Below the pieces are notes generated by a model that was not told the origin of the DNA, did no database searches, and worked only from the letters and a program-made list of their open reading frames with translations. From an uncultured Heliomicrobium sp. (GTDB lineage: Bacteria; Acidobacteriota; Blastocatellia; RBC074), in the NCBI GenBank assembly GCA_964470555.1, contig CAYYDG010000005.1, forward strand, positions 123,288 to 187,287: 64,000 nucleotides of DNA, in the 5' to 3' direction. The first letter of the stretch is position 1, and the number at the start of each line of letters is the position of its first letter. This document shows, in pieces, positions 20,758 through 30,997 of the stretch. The position numbers and the translations under genes were made by a program.

Positions 20758-22035
20758 TCAGGCATAAATTCCGCGCAATCGAGTGATGTACGCCACACGA
20801 TCAATCGCCAGCATGTAAGCTGCCACTCTATTATTAACGCCATGACTTTCTGCGTATTTGCAGACATCGTGGAAGCTGGCGACCATGATGTCCTGCAACC
20901 TTTCGTTGACCAGGTCTTCTTTCCAGAAATATCCCATTCGATCCTGAACCCATTCAAAATAACTGCACGTCACGCCGCCGGCATTGGCCAGAATGTCCGG
21001 AATGACAAACACGCCGTTGCGTTCCAGGATGTCATCCGCTGCTGCCGTTGTTGGGCCGTTGGCGCCTTCAGCCAGGATTTTGCACCGAATGCGCGAAGCG
21101 TTATTGCTGGTGATCTGATTTTCCGTCGCGGCAGGCAGCAACACGTCGCAATCGAGTTCCAGCAAGCCTTGATTCGTGACTGGTTCGGCTTCGGGATATT
21201 TTTCGAAGGTTCTGCGTGTGGCCATATATTGCATGGCGCTTGGCAAATCCAATCCTCTGTCGTTGTAGATACCGCCCCGAACATCGGAAATGGCGACAAT
21301 TTGATAGCCTTTCTCGAACATCAGTTTGGCCGCCACGCCGCCGACATTGCCCGAACCCTGAATTGCTACGCGCGTCTTTTCCGGTTGCATCCCCAACTTT
21401 TTTACGGCTTCGTCCACCACGAACAGCAACCCTCGCCCGGTGGCTTCGCGCCGCCCGCGCGAACCGGACAAGTCAATCGGCTTGCCGGTGACAACCGCTG
21501 TTTCCGTATGCCGGACGTGCATTGAGTAGGTATCCATGATCCAGGCCATTGTTTGTTCGTTGGTGTTCATGTCTGGCGCGGGCACGTCGCGTTCAGGGCC
21601 GATGAAATCCACCAGTTCGGCAGTATACCTGCGAGTCATGCGCTCCAATTCGCCCTGCGACATTTGCGAAGGATCGCAGATGACTCCGCCTTTCGCTCCG
21701 CCAAACGGAATGTTGACGACTGCGCATTTCCAGGTCATCCAGGCAGCCAGCGCGCGCACTTCATCAATCGTCACATCCGGCGCAAAGCGAATGCCGCCTT
21801 TGGCCGGGCCACGAGCAAAATTGTGCTGCACGCGATAGCCGGTAAAGATTTCGATGTGGCCATCGTCCATGAACACGGGGATGTAAACGGTAATTTCCCG
21901 ATTCGGAACGCGAAGGACTTTATAAAGGTCGGGGTCGAGATTGAGTAAGCGCGCCGCATGATCGAAGCGCCACATCATGGATTCAAAGGGATTGTCTTCC
22001 CTGAATTGCCGAATGCCATCGTCTACTAATGCCAA
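20758..22035 (-). CDS. gdhA: Glu/Leu/Phe/Val dehydrogenase (glutamate dehydrogenase)
   Basis: [52 protein letters not shown]. Confidence 0.93.
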   Translation of the reverse strand: MALVDDGIRQFREDNPFESMMWRFDHAARLLNLDPDLYKVLRVPNREITVYIPVFMDDGHIEIFTGYRVQHNFARGPAKGGIRFAPDVTIDEVRALAAWMTWKCAVVNIPFGGAKGGVICDPSQMSQGELERMTRRYTAELVDFIGPERDVPAPDMNTNEQTMAWIMDTYSMHVRHTETAVVTGKPIDLSGSRGRREATGRGLLFVVDEAVKKLGMQPEKTRVAIQGSGNVGGVAAKLMFEKGYQIVAISDVRGGIYNDRGLDLPSAMQYMATRRTFEKYPEAEPVTNQGLLELDCDVLLPAATENQITSNNASRIRCKILAEGANGPTTAAADDILERNGVFVIPDILANAGGVTCSYFEWVQDRMGYFWKEDLVNERLQDIMVASFHDVCKYAESHGVNNRVAAYMLAIDRVAYITRLRGIYA

Positions 22036-22142
22036 AGTTACCTCCTAAGGCTTGGTGCTTATGGCCACTGGGTCGGCTTGGTGGTCTGTTGCAAATAGCT
22101 GGAAAAAATTCTGGCGGGCGCTCGGTTGATCCCCGCCCATCT

Positions 22143-23036
22143 TCATTGTTGATCCGAAGTGTTGAGTGATTCATTCAACGCGCCGGTTCGATACCCTTCC
22201 AGGTCGAGCGTCACGAATTTGAATCCCAATTGTTTGAAGGCCGTCGCGATTCGCTGAGCCATGTCCACATTCAGCGCGCGCGGCAATTCGTCAGGCGCAA
22301 TTTCGATGCGAACCACGTCGCCGTGATGACGAACGCGCATTTGCTGAAATCCCAGCAAACGCAATTTGGCTTCGCCGCGTTCGATGACAGAGAGCTTTTC
22401 AATCGTCACGGGCATGCCGTAAGGAATACGCGACGACAAACACGCGGAAGCCGGACGATCCCACACCGGCAATCCGGCACGTTCGGATAACTGACGAATT
22501 TCCGCTTTGCTTAACCCGGCTTCGATCAAAGGGCTGCGAACGTTCAATTCCCTGGCCGCCTGACGCCCTGGACGATAATCGCCCACATCATCAGCGTTGT
22601 TGCCGTCACAAACGAACGCATAGCCGCATTCGCCAGCAAGCTGGCTTAGTTTGGTGAACAATTCGTGTTTGCAGAAATAACAGCGGTTGGCCGGGTTGGC
22701 CTGATAATTCGGATCGTGAATTTCTTCGGTGTTGATGAACTGATGAGGAATCGAAAACTTCCGCACCACTTCCAGCGCATCCTGTCGCTGAAAATCCGGG
22801 TAGCTGGGACTTTCGCCGGTCACGGCCAAGGCCCGCGCGCCCAATTCATCGGCAGCGACATAAGCCAGATAAGCGCTGTCCACTCCTCCCGAATACGCGA
22901 CGATGACCGATTCCATCTCGCGCAATAACTGGCGAAGCGTACGCTCTTTGGCGATAAGTTCTTGAGAAATCGGGCCGGGAAAATTCGCTTGCGTGAAAGA
23001 AGCGCTGTTTGATTCTGTCCGAGTTGCAACTTGCAT
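22143..23036 (-). CDS. larE: LarE-family ATP-dependent sulfur transferase
   Basis: PP-loop AYSGGVDS, RCYFCK, DYRPG, ASACLSSRIPYG, RVRHHG. Confidence 0.9.
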   Translation of the reverse strand: MQVATRTESNSASFTQANFPGPISQELIAKERTLRQLLREMESVIVAYSGGVDSAYLAYVAADELGARALAVTGESPSYPDFQRQDALEVVRKFSIPHQFINTEEIHDPNYQANPANRCYFCKHELFTKLSQLAGECGYAFVCDGNNADDVGDYRPGRQAARELNVRSPLIEAGLSKAEIRQLSERAGLPVWDRPASACLSSRIPYGMPVTIEKLSVIERGEAKLRLLGFQQMRVRHHGDVVRIEIAPDELPRALNVDMAQRIATAFKQLGFKFVTLDLEGYRTGALNESLNTSDQQ

Positions 23037-23123
23037 CGCTGTTCCAGATTCCTTGTCTCAGGCACAAGAGGCACAAGCATCTTAGCCCAAACCTGTAGCC
23101 GGATTGAACAAAAATTTTCGGCC

Positions 23124-24155
23124 TCAAAACACCGAATATCCCTTGATGCCCATCGGCACGCGATAAACCTTTTGCGTGGTGACGACGACCATGTCGCCTT
23201 CGCCATCGAAGGCCAATCCGACCAGCGAAGCTCCGGCTAGAACGACTTCGGCATTGCGCCCGTCGGGAGAGATTTTCACTATGCCGCGATGGCCTCGAAG
23301 CGAAGCCGCCACATACAAATTCCCTTTTGCGTCGAACGCCAGTCCCTGCGGACGACCGAGTCCTGTATAAAACTTCGTCACATCGCCCATCGCGTCCACG
23401 CGCCAGATGGTTTCAAACGAAGACACCGTGGGACCGCTGACAAACAAATCGCCTTCGGGCGAAAACGCCAGATGATACGCCGCCACGCTCGGATCGAGTG
23501 AAGCAAATTGCCTGGATTCGCCGAGTTCATTGACGCGAAAAATTGTGCCCGTGCGGTCGCCGACATAAATTTCTCCACGACGATCAAAGGCCAATCCGGT
23601 GGCGATGCCCAGATCAGTGGCAACGGTTTCCGCTTCGCCAAAGGGCGAAATTTTGTAAAGCGTGCCATCGTATCGGCTCGTGACATACAACGTGCCTTCA
23701 CTGTTGAACGCCAGCCCGGTCGGATTGACCACTTCAGCGGGCAACGGATGAACTGTGTCGTCCGAAGAAATCTTGTAAATGGAAACAGGGACTTTCTGGC
23801 CTCGCGTGCCGGACAGCGTAACGTAAATACTGCCGTTTTCATCAATGGCGGGATTGGCGACCGGATGCATGTTTTCCGTCAGTTTGGCGCCGAGCATGAA
23901 TTGGGTCGCCATCACGCCGTCGGCGCTTTCCAGTTTCAGTTCATACGATTCTATCCCTGTGTCGCAATCCGGCACTGAGACTATGACCCGGTCAGGAGCA
24001 GCGCTGATGACTCTTCCGCGCTGATCTCCAAACCATGCATGACAATATGAATAATCCGAAGTGCCGTAGCCCTGACAGGAGATGATGATTTCTCCGCCTT
24101 CGACTCCGGCGCGCGGCACGACGCTTTTGATCTGCCCGCCACTGAAATTCGACAT
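23124..24155 (-). CDS. IPT/TIG domain + NHL/SMP-30-like beta-propeller protein
   Basis: Repeated PTGLAF/ATGLAFD/PQGLAFD blades; start probably MSNFSGG. Confidence 0.75.
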   Translation of the reverse strand: MSNFSGGQIKSVVPRAGVEGGEIIISCQGYGTSDYSYCHAWFGDQRGRVISAAPDRVIVSVPDCDTGIESYELKLESADGVMATQFMLGAKLTENMHPVANPAIDENGSIYVTLSGTRGQKVPVSIYKISSDDTVHPLPAEVVNPTGLAFNSEGTLYVTSRYDGTLYKISPFGEAETVATDLGIATGLAFDRRGEIYVGDRTGTIFRVNELGESRQFASLDPSVAAYHLAFSPEGDLFVSGPTVSSFETIWRVDAMGDVTKFYTGLGRPQGLAFDAKGNLYVAASLRGHRGIVKISPDGRNAEVVLAGASLVGLAFDGEGDMVVVTTQKVYRVPMGIKGYSVF

Positions 24156-24265
24156 TACTGCGTTCTCCGTAAAAGTATCTGTATCTGAGTTGGATGAAAG
24201 AGCAGCCATCATACGCGAGGCGGAATGCTGGCGAAAGAGGCTTTTCCGGCTCCATTGCTCTGAAG

Positions 24266-25069
24266 TCATTTCTGCACGCCATCGCTCAAATCCGAATCTT
24301 TCCAGAGCCAGATGCCGCCGCGCATGCCCAGGCTGTTGCTGACGACTTCAATATCGTCGCCGAACTTCAAGGCGACTTCTTTGGCGTTGCCGCCGCCGAG
24401 ATACAACTTGTCGAAATTCGTCAGAATGCGGAAATATTCAATGGCTTTTTCCAGCCGGTCATTCCATTCCTTTTTGCCGACTTTTTTGAAGGCTTTGTTG
24501 CCGAGTTGTTGTTCGTAAGTCTGTCCTTTGCGAAACGGAATGTGGGCAAGTTCGATGTGCGGAGCCAGTCGGCCATCTTCAAATAAGGCCGAGCCAAGCC
24601 CGGTGCCGAGCGTGATGACCAGTTCGACCCCGTCGCCCTGGATCGCGCCCAGTCCCTGCATGTCTGCGTCGTTGATGACCAACGTCGGTTTGCCCGTGAC
24701 TTTGGCAATCGCTTTTTGCAAATCGAAATGATCCCATTCATCCGAACCCAGATTCTTGCACGACAACGTTTTGCCGTGCCGAACAACGCCGGGGAATCCG
24801 ACTGATACGCGATCAAACGCGGGCAATTGCGCCAACAGTTCTTTGAGTTTTTCCAACAAGACGCCGGGCGGGCACGGTTGCGGAGTTTCGACGCGCACAC
24901 GTTCGGTCAACATTTCTCCGCGTTTATCCAGCACGGTCGCTTTCAAGCCAGAGCCGCCGATGTCAAACGCCAGGGTTTTCAATCCGGATGATTTTCTGAT
25001 TTTGGGGACTGCTTTTGCTGATGGAGTTTTTGCCGATTTCTTTTTGGATGATTTTGCGGGTGTAGGCAT
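24266..25069 (-). CDS. ROK family sugar kinase (polyphosphate glucokinase-like)
   Basis: DIGGSGLK, VGFPG, NDADMQG, TLGTGLGSALF, ELAH, LGGGN. Confidence 0.88.
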   Translation of the reverse strand: MPTPAKSSKKKSAKTPSAKAVPKIRKSSGLKTLAFDIGGSGLKATVLDKRGEMLTERVRVETPQPCPPGVLLEKLKELLAQLPAFDRVSVGFPGVVRHGKTLSCKNLGSDEWDHFDLQKAIAKVTGKPTLVINDADMQGLGAIQGDGVELVITLGTGLGSALFEDGRLAPHIELAHIPFRKGQTYEQQLGNKAFKKVGKKEWNDRLEKAIEYFRILTNFDKLYLGGGNAKEVALKFGDDIEVVSNSLGMRGGIWLWKDSDLSDGVQK

Positions 25070-25186
25070 AAAGGTTAAATGAAGCCTCCGTTTTGAGTTT
25101 TTACTTTGGTTGCTCAATAAATTCTGTGCTTAAATCGCGCTCGAACTATACTCGAAATCCCAAATCCTTGAGAAGGAGACCTGTTG

Positions 25187-26344
25187 ATGAAACGACCTGT
25201 GTTTTTCGCTTCCCTGCTGCTCGCTCTGACGATTGCCACCATTCCGCAACCTCATCGCGCCTCAACCAAGGCTACAGACCCGATGAAACCCGGCACATTT
25301 CCGGTCGGCGTAACAACCACCGTGCTGGTTGACCACAGCCGAACGGACGCCGCCACCAACGAAGCTCGCACATTGGTGACGGAAATCTGGTATCCGGCTT
25401 CTGACGAAGCGCACAATTTACCAAAGAACAAATTCAGCGACTTCATCCCCGGCGGAATCACTCCGCAGTTCGAAACCTTGCTGAAGATGGCCTACAAAAA
25501 ATCCGCCGCGGAAATGAACGAAACCTTCTGGAATTCAGCCGTACGCGACGCTCGCGTCCGCGAAGGCAAATTCCCCCTGATCGTTTTTTCGCACGGCAAT
25601 GGAGGCACGCGCACGCAAAACACTTTCTGGTGCGATTACCTGGCCAGTCACGGTTATGTCGTCGTTTCTGCCGATCACACCGCCAACGCGCGCGTGACGA
25701 TCATCAAAAGCAAACCGATTCTCTATCGCAACGACCAGCGCGAAAATTCCGCCGTGGATCGTCCGAAAGACATGAGTTTTCTGCTCGACCAAATGACGCT
25801 GTGGAACGGTGGAGCCGACAGCCGTTTTTCCGGCAAGCTTGACCTGAGCAAACCCGTCGCCGCCGGAATGTCCTTTGGTTCCATGACCGCCATTCGAGTC
25901 GCCGACGCCGATCCGCGTTTCAAAGCCGTCATCGCCATGTCCGGCGCGCCCGAAGCTCACACCAACCTGACTGTTCCTTCACTGTACATGCTTGGCGAAG
26001 AAGACCGCACCATCGGCCCCAAAGGCAACGCCCGCATCCGCGACGTCTTTGCCAAACACCAGCGCGACGGATTTCTGCTGGCGATGAAAGACGGCGGGCA
26101 TTATTCATTCACAGACATCTTCAAAATTGACAAGAACTTTGGCGACGGCGTTGGCAAAGGCAAACGCGGCGGCGAAGGCGCGGAGTTCAACTACACTTCG
26201 ATGGAAACGACCTACGCCATCATCAATTCGTACAGCATCGCCTTTTTGGGAGTGTACGTGCGCGGCGAACGCGAGTACCTGCCATTCCTGCAAAAGAATC
26301 ACTGGCAAGCCGAAATGGTCTGGGACGTAAAAGGCGTCGAGTAG
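25187..26344 (+). CDS. Secreted alpha/beta hydrolase (PAF-acetylhydrolase-like)
   Basis: AAGGAG RBS; signal peptide; FSHGNGG, GMSFG nucleophile elbow, GHYSFTD. Confidence 0.85.
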   Translation: MKRPVFFASLLLALTIATIPQPHRASTKATDPMKPGTFPVGVTTTVLVDHSRTDAATNEARTLVTEIWYPASDEAHNLPKNKFSDFIPGGITPQFETLLKMAYKKSAAEMNETFWNSAVRDARVREGKFPLIVFSHGNGGTRTQNTFWCDYLASHGYVVVSADHTANARVTIIKSKPILYRNDQRENSAVDRPKDMSFLLDQMTLWNGGADSRFSGKLDLSKPVAAGMSFGSMTAIRVADADPRFKAVIAMSGAPEAHTNLTVPSLYMLGEEDRTIGPKGNARIRDVFAKHQRDGFLLAMKDGGHYSFTDIFKIDKNFGDGVGKGKRGGEGAEFNYTSMETTYAIINSYSIAFLGVYVRGEREYLPFLQKNHWQAEMVWDVKGVE

Positions 26345-26403
26345 CTGAATCAATTGCGCCACCACGGCTGCAATACCGCAGCCCAAGACTCAAAAAGGAG
26401 AAT

Positions 26404-26484
26404 ACGGAACAAGCGGAAATAACGAAACAAACGGAAAATACCAATCAACATTTCCGTTCATTCTGTTATTTCCGCTTGTTCCGT
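26404..26484. repeat. Intergenic palindrome with a perfect 20-bp inverted repeat
   Basis: acggaacaagcggaaataac (26404-26423) / gttatttccgcttgttccgt (26465-26484). Confidence 0.8.
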
Positions 26485-26518
26485 TGTTTCTTTCACTTGC
26501 TGTAAGAAGAGGAACACG

Positions 26519-27706
26519 ATGCCAAGAAAATTGTTTTTATTGCTGCTGATCTTTTGCGCGCTGATCCAACCGGCTCGTGTTCAGGAAAAAACACCGCCGC
26601 CGAAACCGCCGGACAAATCTTCCAGTCCCGGCAATCCCGCGCCGCTGGAACCTGCTGACCGGTCGTTGTCGCGGGAACAATTCGCCGCGCTCAGCCAGAA
26701 ACTTTCTGAATCCAACGGCTACTTCGACACGGACAATCTGATTTCCAACGAAACCTCTTACCTGCACGTGATGGGCAAAATGCGGCAGATGAAAATCAAC
26801 GGCGGAGCCTTCATCGGCGTCGGTCCCGACCAGAGCTTTTCGTACATCGCCCAGATTCGCCCGAACATCGCCTTCATGGTGGACATTCGCCGCGACAATC
26901 TGTTGCAGCATCTGCTGTTCAAAGCCCTGTTTGAATCGGCGCGCAATCGCATCGAATATCTGTGCCTGTTTTTGGGCAAACCGGTTCCTGCGGATTTGAA
27001 CACCTGGAACGCGCGAAACATCAAAGACATTGTTGAATACATTGATAAGACCCCGAAAGACACCAAACTTTTCGACGCCGCGCACGCCGCGCTGTCCGCC
27101 AAAATCAAAAGCTACGGCATCAAAATCAGCGAAGCCGAATTCGCCACGATCAAACGCATGCACACGGAGTTTTTCACCAGCGGCCTGGATTTGAAATTCA
27201 CGACGCACGGACGCGGCTCGCGGTATTACTACCCGAATTACCGAGACCTGACGCTGGAAAAAGACCTGACCGGCAAACAGTGCAACTACCTGGCCAGCGA
27301 GGACGACTTTCAGGTTATGAAATCCTTGCAAGGCCGCAATCTGGTCATTCCCGTCACTGGCGATCTGGCAGGAAGTCACGCGCTGAAACAGATTGCCGCC
27401 TACCTGAACGAACAGCGCGAAACGGTGTCGGCCTTTTACACCTCGAACGTGGAGTTTTACCTCTCGCGCGGAGACGAATTCGACAAGTTCGCCGCCAACG
27501 TCAAACTGCTGCCACGCGCTGCCAACAGCGTCATCATCCGCAGCTATTTCAACGGAACGTTCGGCTACGCACACCCGCAATCGGTCAGCGGGTATTACAG
27601 CACGCAGTTGCTGCAAACAATGGACAGCTTCGTCAAAGAATATTCGGCGGGCGGATTGCAAAGCTACACCGACGTAATTTCCAAACACTCGCTGGATTTG
27701 CGCTGA
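26519..27706 (+). CDS. Secreted conserved hypothetical protein (possible Rossmann/methyltransferase-like fold)
   Basis: Signal peptide, Pro-rich linker; YFDTDNLISNE, FIGVGPDQSFSYIA, FYTSNVEFYL. Confidence 0.8.
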   Translation: MPRKLFLLLLIFCALIQPARVQEKTPPPKPPDKSSSPGNPAPLEPADRSLSREQFAALSQKLSESNGYFDTDNLISNETSYLHVMGKMRQMKINGGAFIGVGPDQSFSYIAQIRPNIAFMVDIRRDNLLQHLLFKALFESARNRIEYLCLFLGKPVPADLNTWNARNIKDIVEYIDKTPKDTKLFDAAHAALSAKIKSYGIKISEAEFATIKRMHTEFFTSGLDLKFTTHGRGSRYYYPNYRDLTLEKDLTGKQCNYLASEDDFQVMKSLQGRNLVIPVTGDLAGSHALKQIAAYLNEQRETVSAFYTSNVEFYLSRGDEFDKFAANVKLLPRAANSVIIRSYFNGTFGYAHPQSVSGYYSTQLLQTMDSFVKEYSAGGLQSYTDVISKHSLDLR

Positions 27707-27718
27707 AGTTCAATTCTC

Positions 27719-27751
27719 GCGGCTTTGCCGCCTGATGTGCGGCAAAGCCGC
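27719..27751. repeat. REP-like palindrome
   Basis: gcggctttgccgc / gcggcaaagccgc perfect 13-bp stem. Confidence 0.7.
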
Positions 27752-27791
27752 AAAGTTGCATCCGCCACTTTTCATTTCGGGAGATTTCTTT

Positions 27792-30700
27792 ATGCCAACT
27801 CTTCCCCGCCCCGGCCAAAAGACCGCCATGATCAGCAGCACTTCGCTTGATCTGCCCGAACACCGCAAACAAGTCATCGAAGCCTGCTTGCGACAGGGAT
27901 TCCATCCCATCGCGATGGAGCATTTACCGGCGTGTAATATTGGGCCAACTGTTGTTGACACAGAAATGCTTGATCAAGCAGACGTTTATATCGGCATTTA
28001 CGCGTGGCGCTACGGTGAGGTACCAAAAGGCCAGACCATTTCTTACACCGAGATGGAGTTTAATCGCGCGGTCGAACTTGGTATACCTATACTCGTTTTT
28101 ACAATTCATGATGATCATCCACTAACTATCAAGATGGTCGAGACCGATACAGTCGCGCAAAAAAAACTTGGCGACCTGAAAAAGCGTGCATGTGATGGGC
28201 GCATTCGGGCAGAGTTCAAGTCGCCGGATGATTTGCGCGCGGCAGTGATTGATGCACTTTCTGATTTTCGCGAACGCGAAATCCGTACTCAGGCAGAGAA
28301 AACCATTCACATCAATTTTCACCCGCCCAACCTTATACCTGCCGCGCCCATCCCATACATCGCGCATCCCTACTCTTTATTGCAAACCAGTGAAGTTGTA
28401 GGTCGCCACCATGAGCTCAAGCTACTCACCGATTGGGTAACAACAAACAAACACATCCCACAAGGAATTCGCATCTTTAATGTTGTCGCTATCGGCGGGA
28501 TGGGCAAAAGCGCACTCACGTGGAAGTGGTTTAACGACATTGCGCCTAATGAATTGCCGCACCTTGCTGGTCGTATATGGTGGAGCTTTTACGAGAGTGA
28601 TGCTCATTTTGAGAATTTTGTTGTACGCGCGCTAGCTTATACCGCTGGAATGACCGAAGCTGCTGTGCGCGAGCTGCCCACGCACGAGCGCGAAGACCGA
28701 CTCTTTTATCAGCTTGATCAGGAACCGTTTCTTCTTGTGTTGGATGGTCTGGAGCGAATACTGCGGGCTTATTCGCGAATGGACGCCCCACATGTAGCCG
28801 ACCATGATCTTGATGAACGCACAGCCAACTTCCTCGCTACGGTTTATGGGTTGTCGGATGAAGTGAAAGAAACTTACTTAGAAAAACACTACCTGCGCCA
28901 ATGCGCCGATCAGCGTGCCGGGCGCTTTCTTCGACGGCTTACTCGTGTTCAAGCATCGCGCGTGCTCGTTTCGACACGGCTCTATCCCGCAGAACTACAG
29001 ACGACAGCGGCACAGCCTTGGCCGGGCTGTTACGCTGTCTTCCTTAAGGGACTGACTGACGACGATGCGCTTGCGCTCTGGCGTGCCTTTATCGGAGGCG
29101 AACGTAGTGGCACAAGTGAGCGGCTGCTGCCACTTTTCCGCTCCTTTGGCAATTACCCATTATTGCTCCGTGCATTAGCAGGAGAAGTAGCTAGTTATCG
29201 TTCCGATCCTGGAAATTTTGATCTCTGGCATAAAGATCATCCTGACTTCAACCCAGTAGAGCTTTCTATGAAAAATGCCAAGACCCATGTTTTGAAATAC
29301 GCTCTTGAAGGGTTGAGCGCGCCGGAACGCCATGTGCTCCACACTATTGCAGCATTTCGCATGCCCACCACTTGGGATTCTCTGTGTGCCTTATTGGTTG
29401 AAGACTTGAAAAGCTTCACTCAGCCAGCAACACCTGTTGGCGACAAAACCATTTGGAGCAGGTTACTTGCAATATTTACAAGCGAAGCTGAAAAGAGAAC
29501 TAAGGAAAACAACAAGGATAAAAGGAAATGCCAAGATGATCGCGAGTTAGATGCAATACTTTCGGATTTAGAGGATCGCGGACTGGTTGGATGGGATAAG
29601 GCAGCGAATCGTTATGATCTACACCCTATTGTACGTGGCGTTGTGTGGCAAACATTGGATACCCACGCTCGAAGAGATATCTATACAGAGCTTCATACAT
29701 ATTTTGATGCGGCACCAAAACCGCCGAAATTACACATGGTCGAGAGTCTAGACGACCTGACCGCAGCTATAGAGTTGTTCAATGCCTTGATTGGCTTGGA
29801 TCAATATGAACAAGCTTATATTATTTTCAGGGATTATCTTAGCTACGCAACGCATTACCGTCTCAGCGCAAGCCGAACACGAATTGAGCTATTAGAGCAC
29901 TTCTTTCCTGATGGTGTAGTAGCGCCACCTAAATTGGCAGATCCTCGTTGCCAGAGCTTTATACTTAACGCGCTGGCAACAGCATATCACCTCAGTGGTG
30001 AGCCAAATCGTGCAGTACCTCTATACAGAAACTCTTTGGAAATAGATGAAAAGCAGGAAGACATGTCAAACGCATCAATTGAGCTCAGCAATCTTTCTGA
30101 TGCGCTTAGATTTGTTGGACATTTGCGAGAAGCCGATATCGCAGCATCTTGTGCTATAAATATAAATATGACTCGTGGGAATAACTATCGTGGCTTAGAA
30201 ATAGAACCTCTTTACTTTAGAGGCCTAGTTTTAGCTTCTTGCGGTCAAACCATTAACGCGAAAGAATTACTATTCCAAGCTTTAGACATTAGCGTATCAA
30301 GGCAAAATCAGCAGAGAGAAGGCTTAGTTCACCTTTACCTTGCACAAAGCTTCTTGTGGTTTAGCCGAGCAGACACTGCGTTGCCACTTGCATTACGTGC
30401 TTCGAAATTGGCGCAAGCCGAGCGTCGCGAACGAGATTTAATCCGTGCTACACGGCTCCACGGAGAAGCTGCACTCGGTGTTTATGATCTAACCACTGCC
30501 TCTGAACGCCTTCACCATGCCCTCACCCGCGCACGAGCAGTCAATCTTGCTGAGGAAGAACTCCCAGCTTTAGCTGCTTTAGCTGAGCTATATCGGCAGC
30601 AAAAAGAATATGACACTACAAGAGAACTCCTCGACCAAGCCTGGGCACTTGCCGAGCGGGGGCCGTATCCGCTCTTTCACGCCGATGCGTTGAACGTGTT

Positions 30701-30956
30701 GGCGCAACTGGAACGCGATGCGGGCAACACCGCAAAAGCCATCGAAGCCGCCACCCAAGCCTATCGTCTGGCGTGGTGCGATGGGCCGCCGTACGCATAT
30801 CACTGGGGACTCGAAGCGGCGCGCAAGCATCTGCGAGAACTCGGCGCGCCGGAGCCAGAGATGCCGCCCTTCGATCCGTCCAAGTTCGAGCCGATGCCCG
30901 AAGTCGAGATCAATCCCAAAGACGAGTTTTATGTGGAAATCGAACCGGAGGATTGA
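27792..30956 (+). CDS. DUF4062 + STAND P-loop NTPase + TPR protein (NLR-like)
   Basis: ISSTSLDLPEHR...ADVYIGIYAWRYG (DUF4062); Walker A GGMGKS; Walker B LLVLDGLE; winged helix RYDLHPIVR; C-terminal TPRs. Confidence 0.88.
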   Translation: MPTLPRPGQKTAMISSTSLDLPEHRKQVIEACLRQGFHPIAMEHLPACNIGPTVVDTEMLDQADVYIGIYAWRYGEVPKGQTISYTEMEFNRAVELGIPILVFTIHDDHPLTIKMVETDTVAQKKLGDLKKRACDGRIRAEFKSPDDLRAAVIDALSDFREREIRTQAEKTIHINFHPPNLIPAAPIPYIAHPYSLLQTSEVVGRHHELKLLTDWVTTNKHIPQGIRIFNVVAIGGMGKSALTWKWFNDIAPNELPHLAGRIWWSFYESDAHFENFVVRALAYTAGMTEAAVRELPTHEREDRLFYQLDQEPFLLVLDGLERILRAYSRMDAPHVADHDLDERTANFLATVYGLSDEVKETYLEKHYLRQCADQRAGRFLRRLTRVQASRVLVSTRLYPAELQTTAAQPWPGCYAVFLKGLTDDDALALWRAFIGGERSGTSERLLPLFRSFGNYPLLLRALAGEVASYRSDPGNFDLWHKDHPDFNPVELSMKNAKTHVLKYALEGLSAPERHVLHTIAAFRMPTTWDSLCALLVEDLKSFTQPATPVGDKTIWSRLLAIFTSEAEKRTKENNKDKRKCQDDRELDAILSDLEDRGLVGWDKAANRYDLHPIVRGVVWQTLDTHARRDIYTELHTYFDAAPKPPKLHMVESLDDLTAAIELFNALIGLDQYEQAYIIFRDYLSYATHYRLSASRTRIELLEHFFPDGVVAPPKLADPRCQSFILNALATAYHLSGEPNRAVPLYRNSLEIDEKQEDMSNASIELSNLSDALRFVGHLREADIAASCAININMTRGNNYRGLEIEPLYFRGLVLASCGQTINAKELLFQALDISVSRQNQQREGLVHLYLAQSFLWFSRADTALPLALRASKLAQAERRERDLIRATRLHGEAALGVYDLTTASERLHHALTRARAVNLAEEELPALAALAELYRQQKEYDTTRELLDQAWALAERGPYPLFHADALNVLAQLERDAGNTAKAIEAATQAYRLAWCDGPPYAYHWGLEAARKHLRELGAPEPEMPPFDPSKFEPMPEVEINPKDEFYVEIEPED

Positions 30957-30997
30957 CGCAAGGTGTCCTGCGGAGCGTGTGCTAATCTTTCGGCGTT

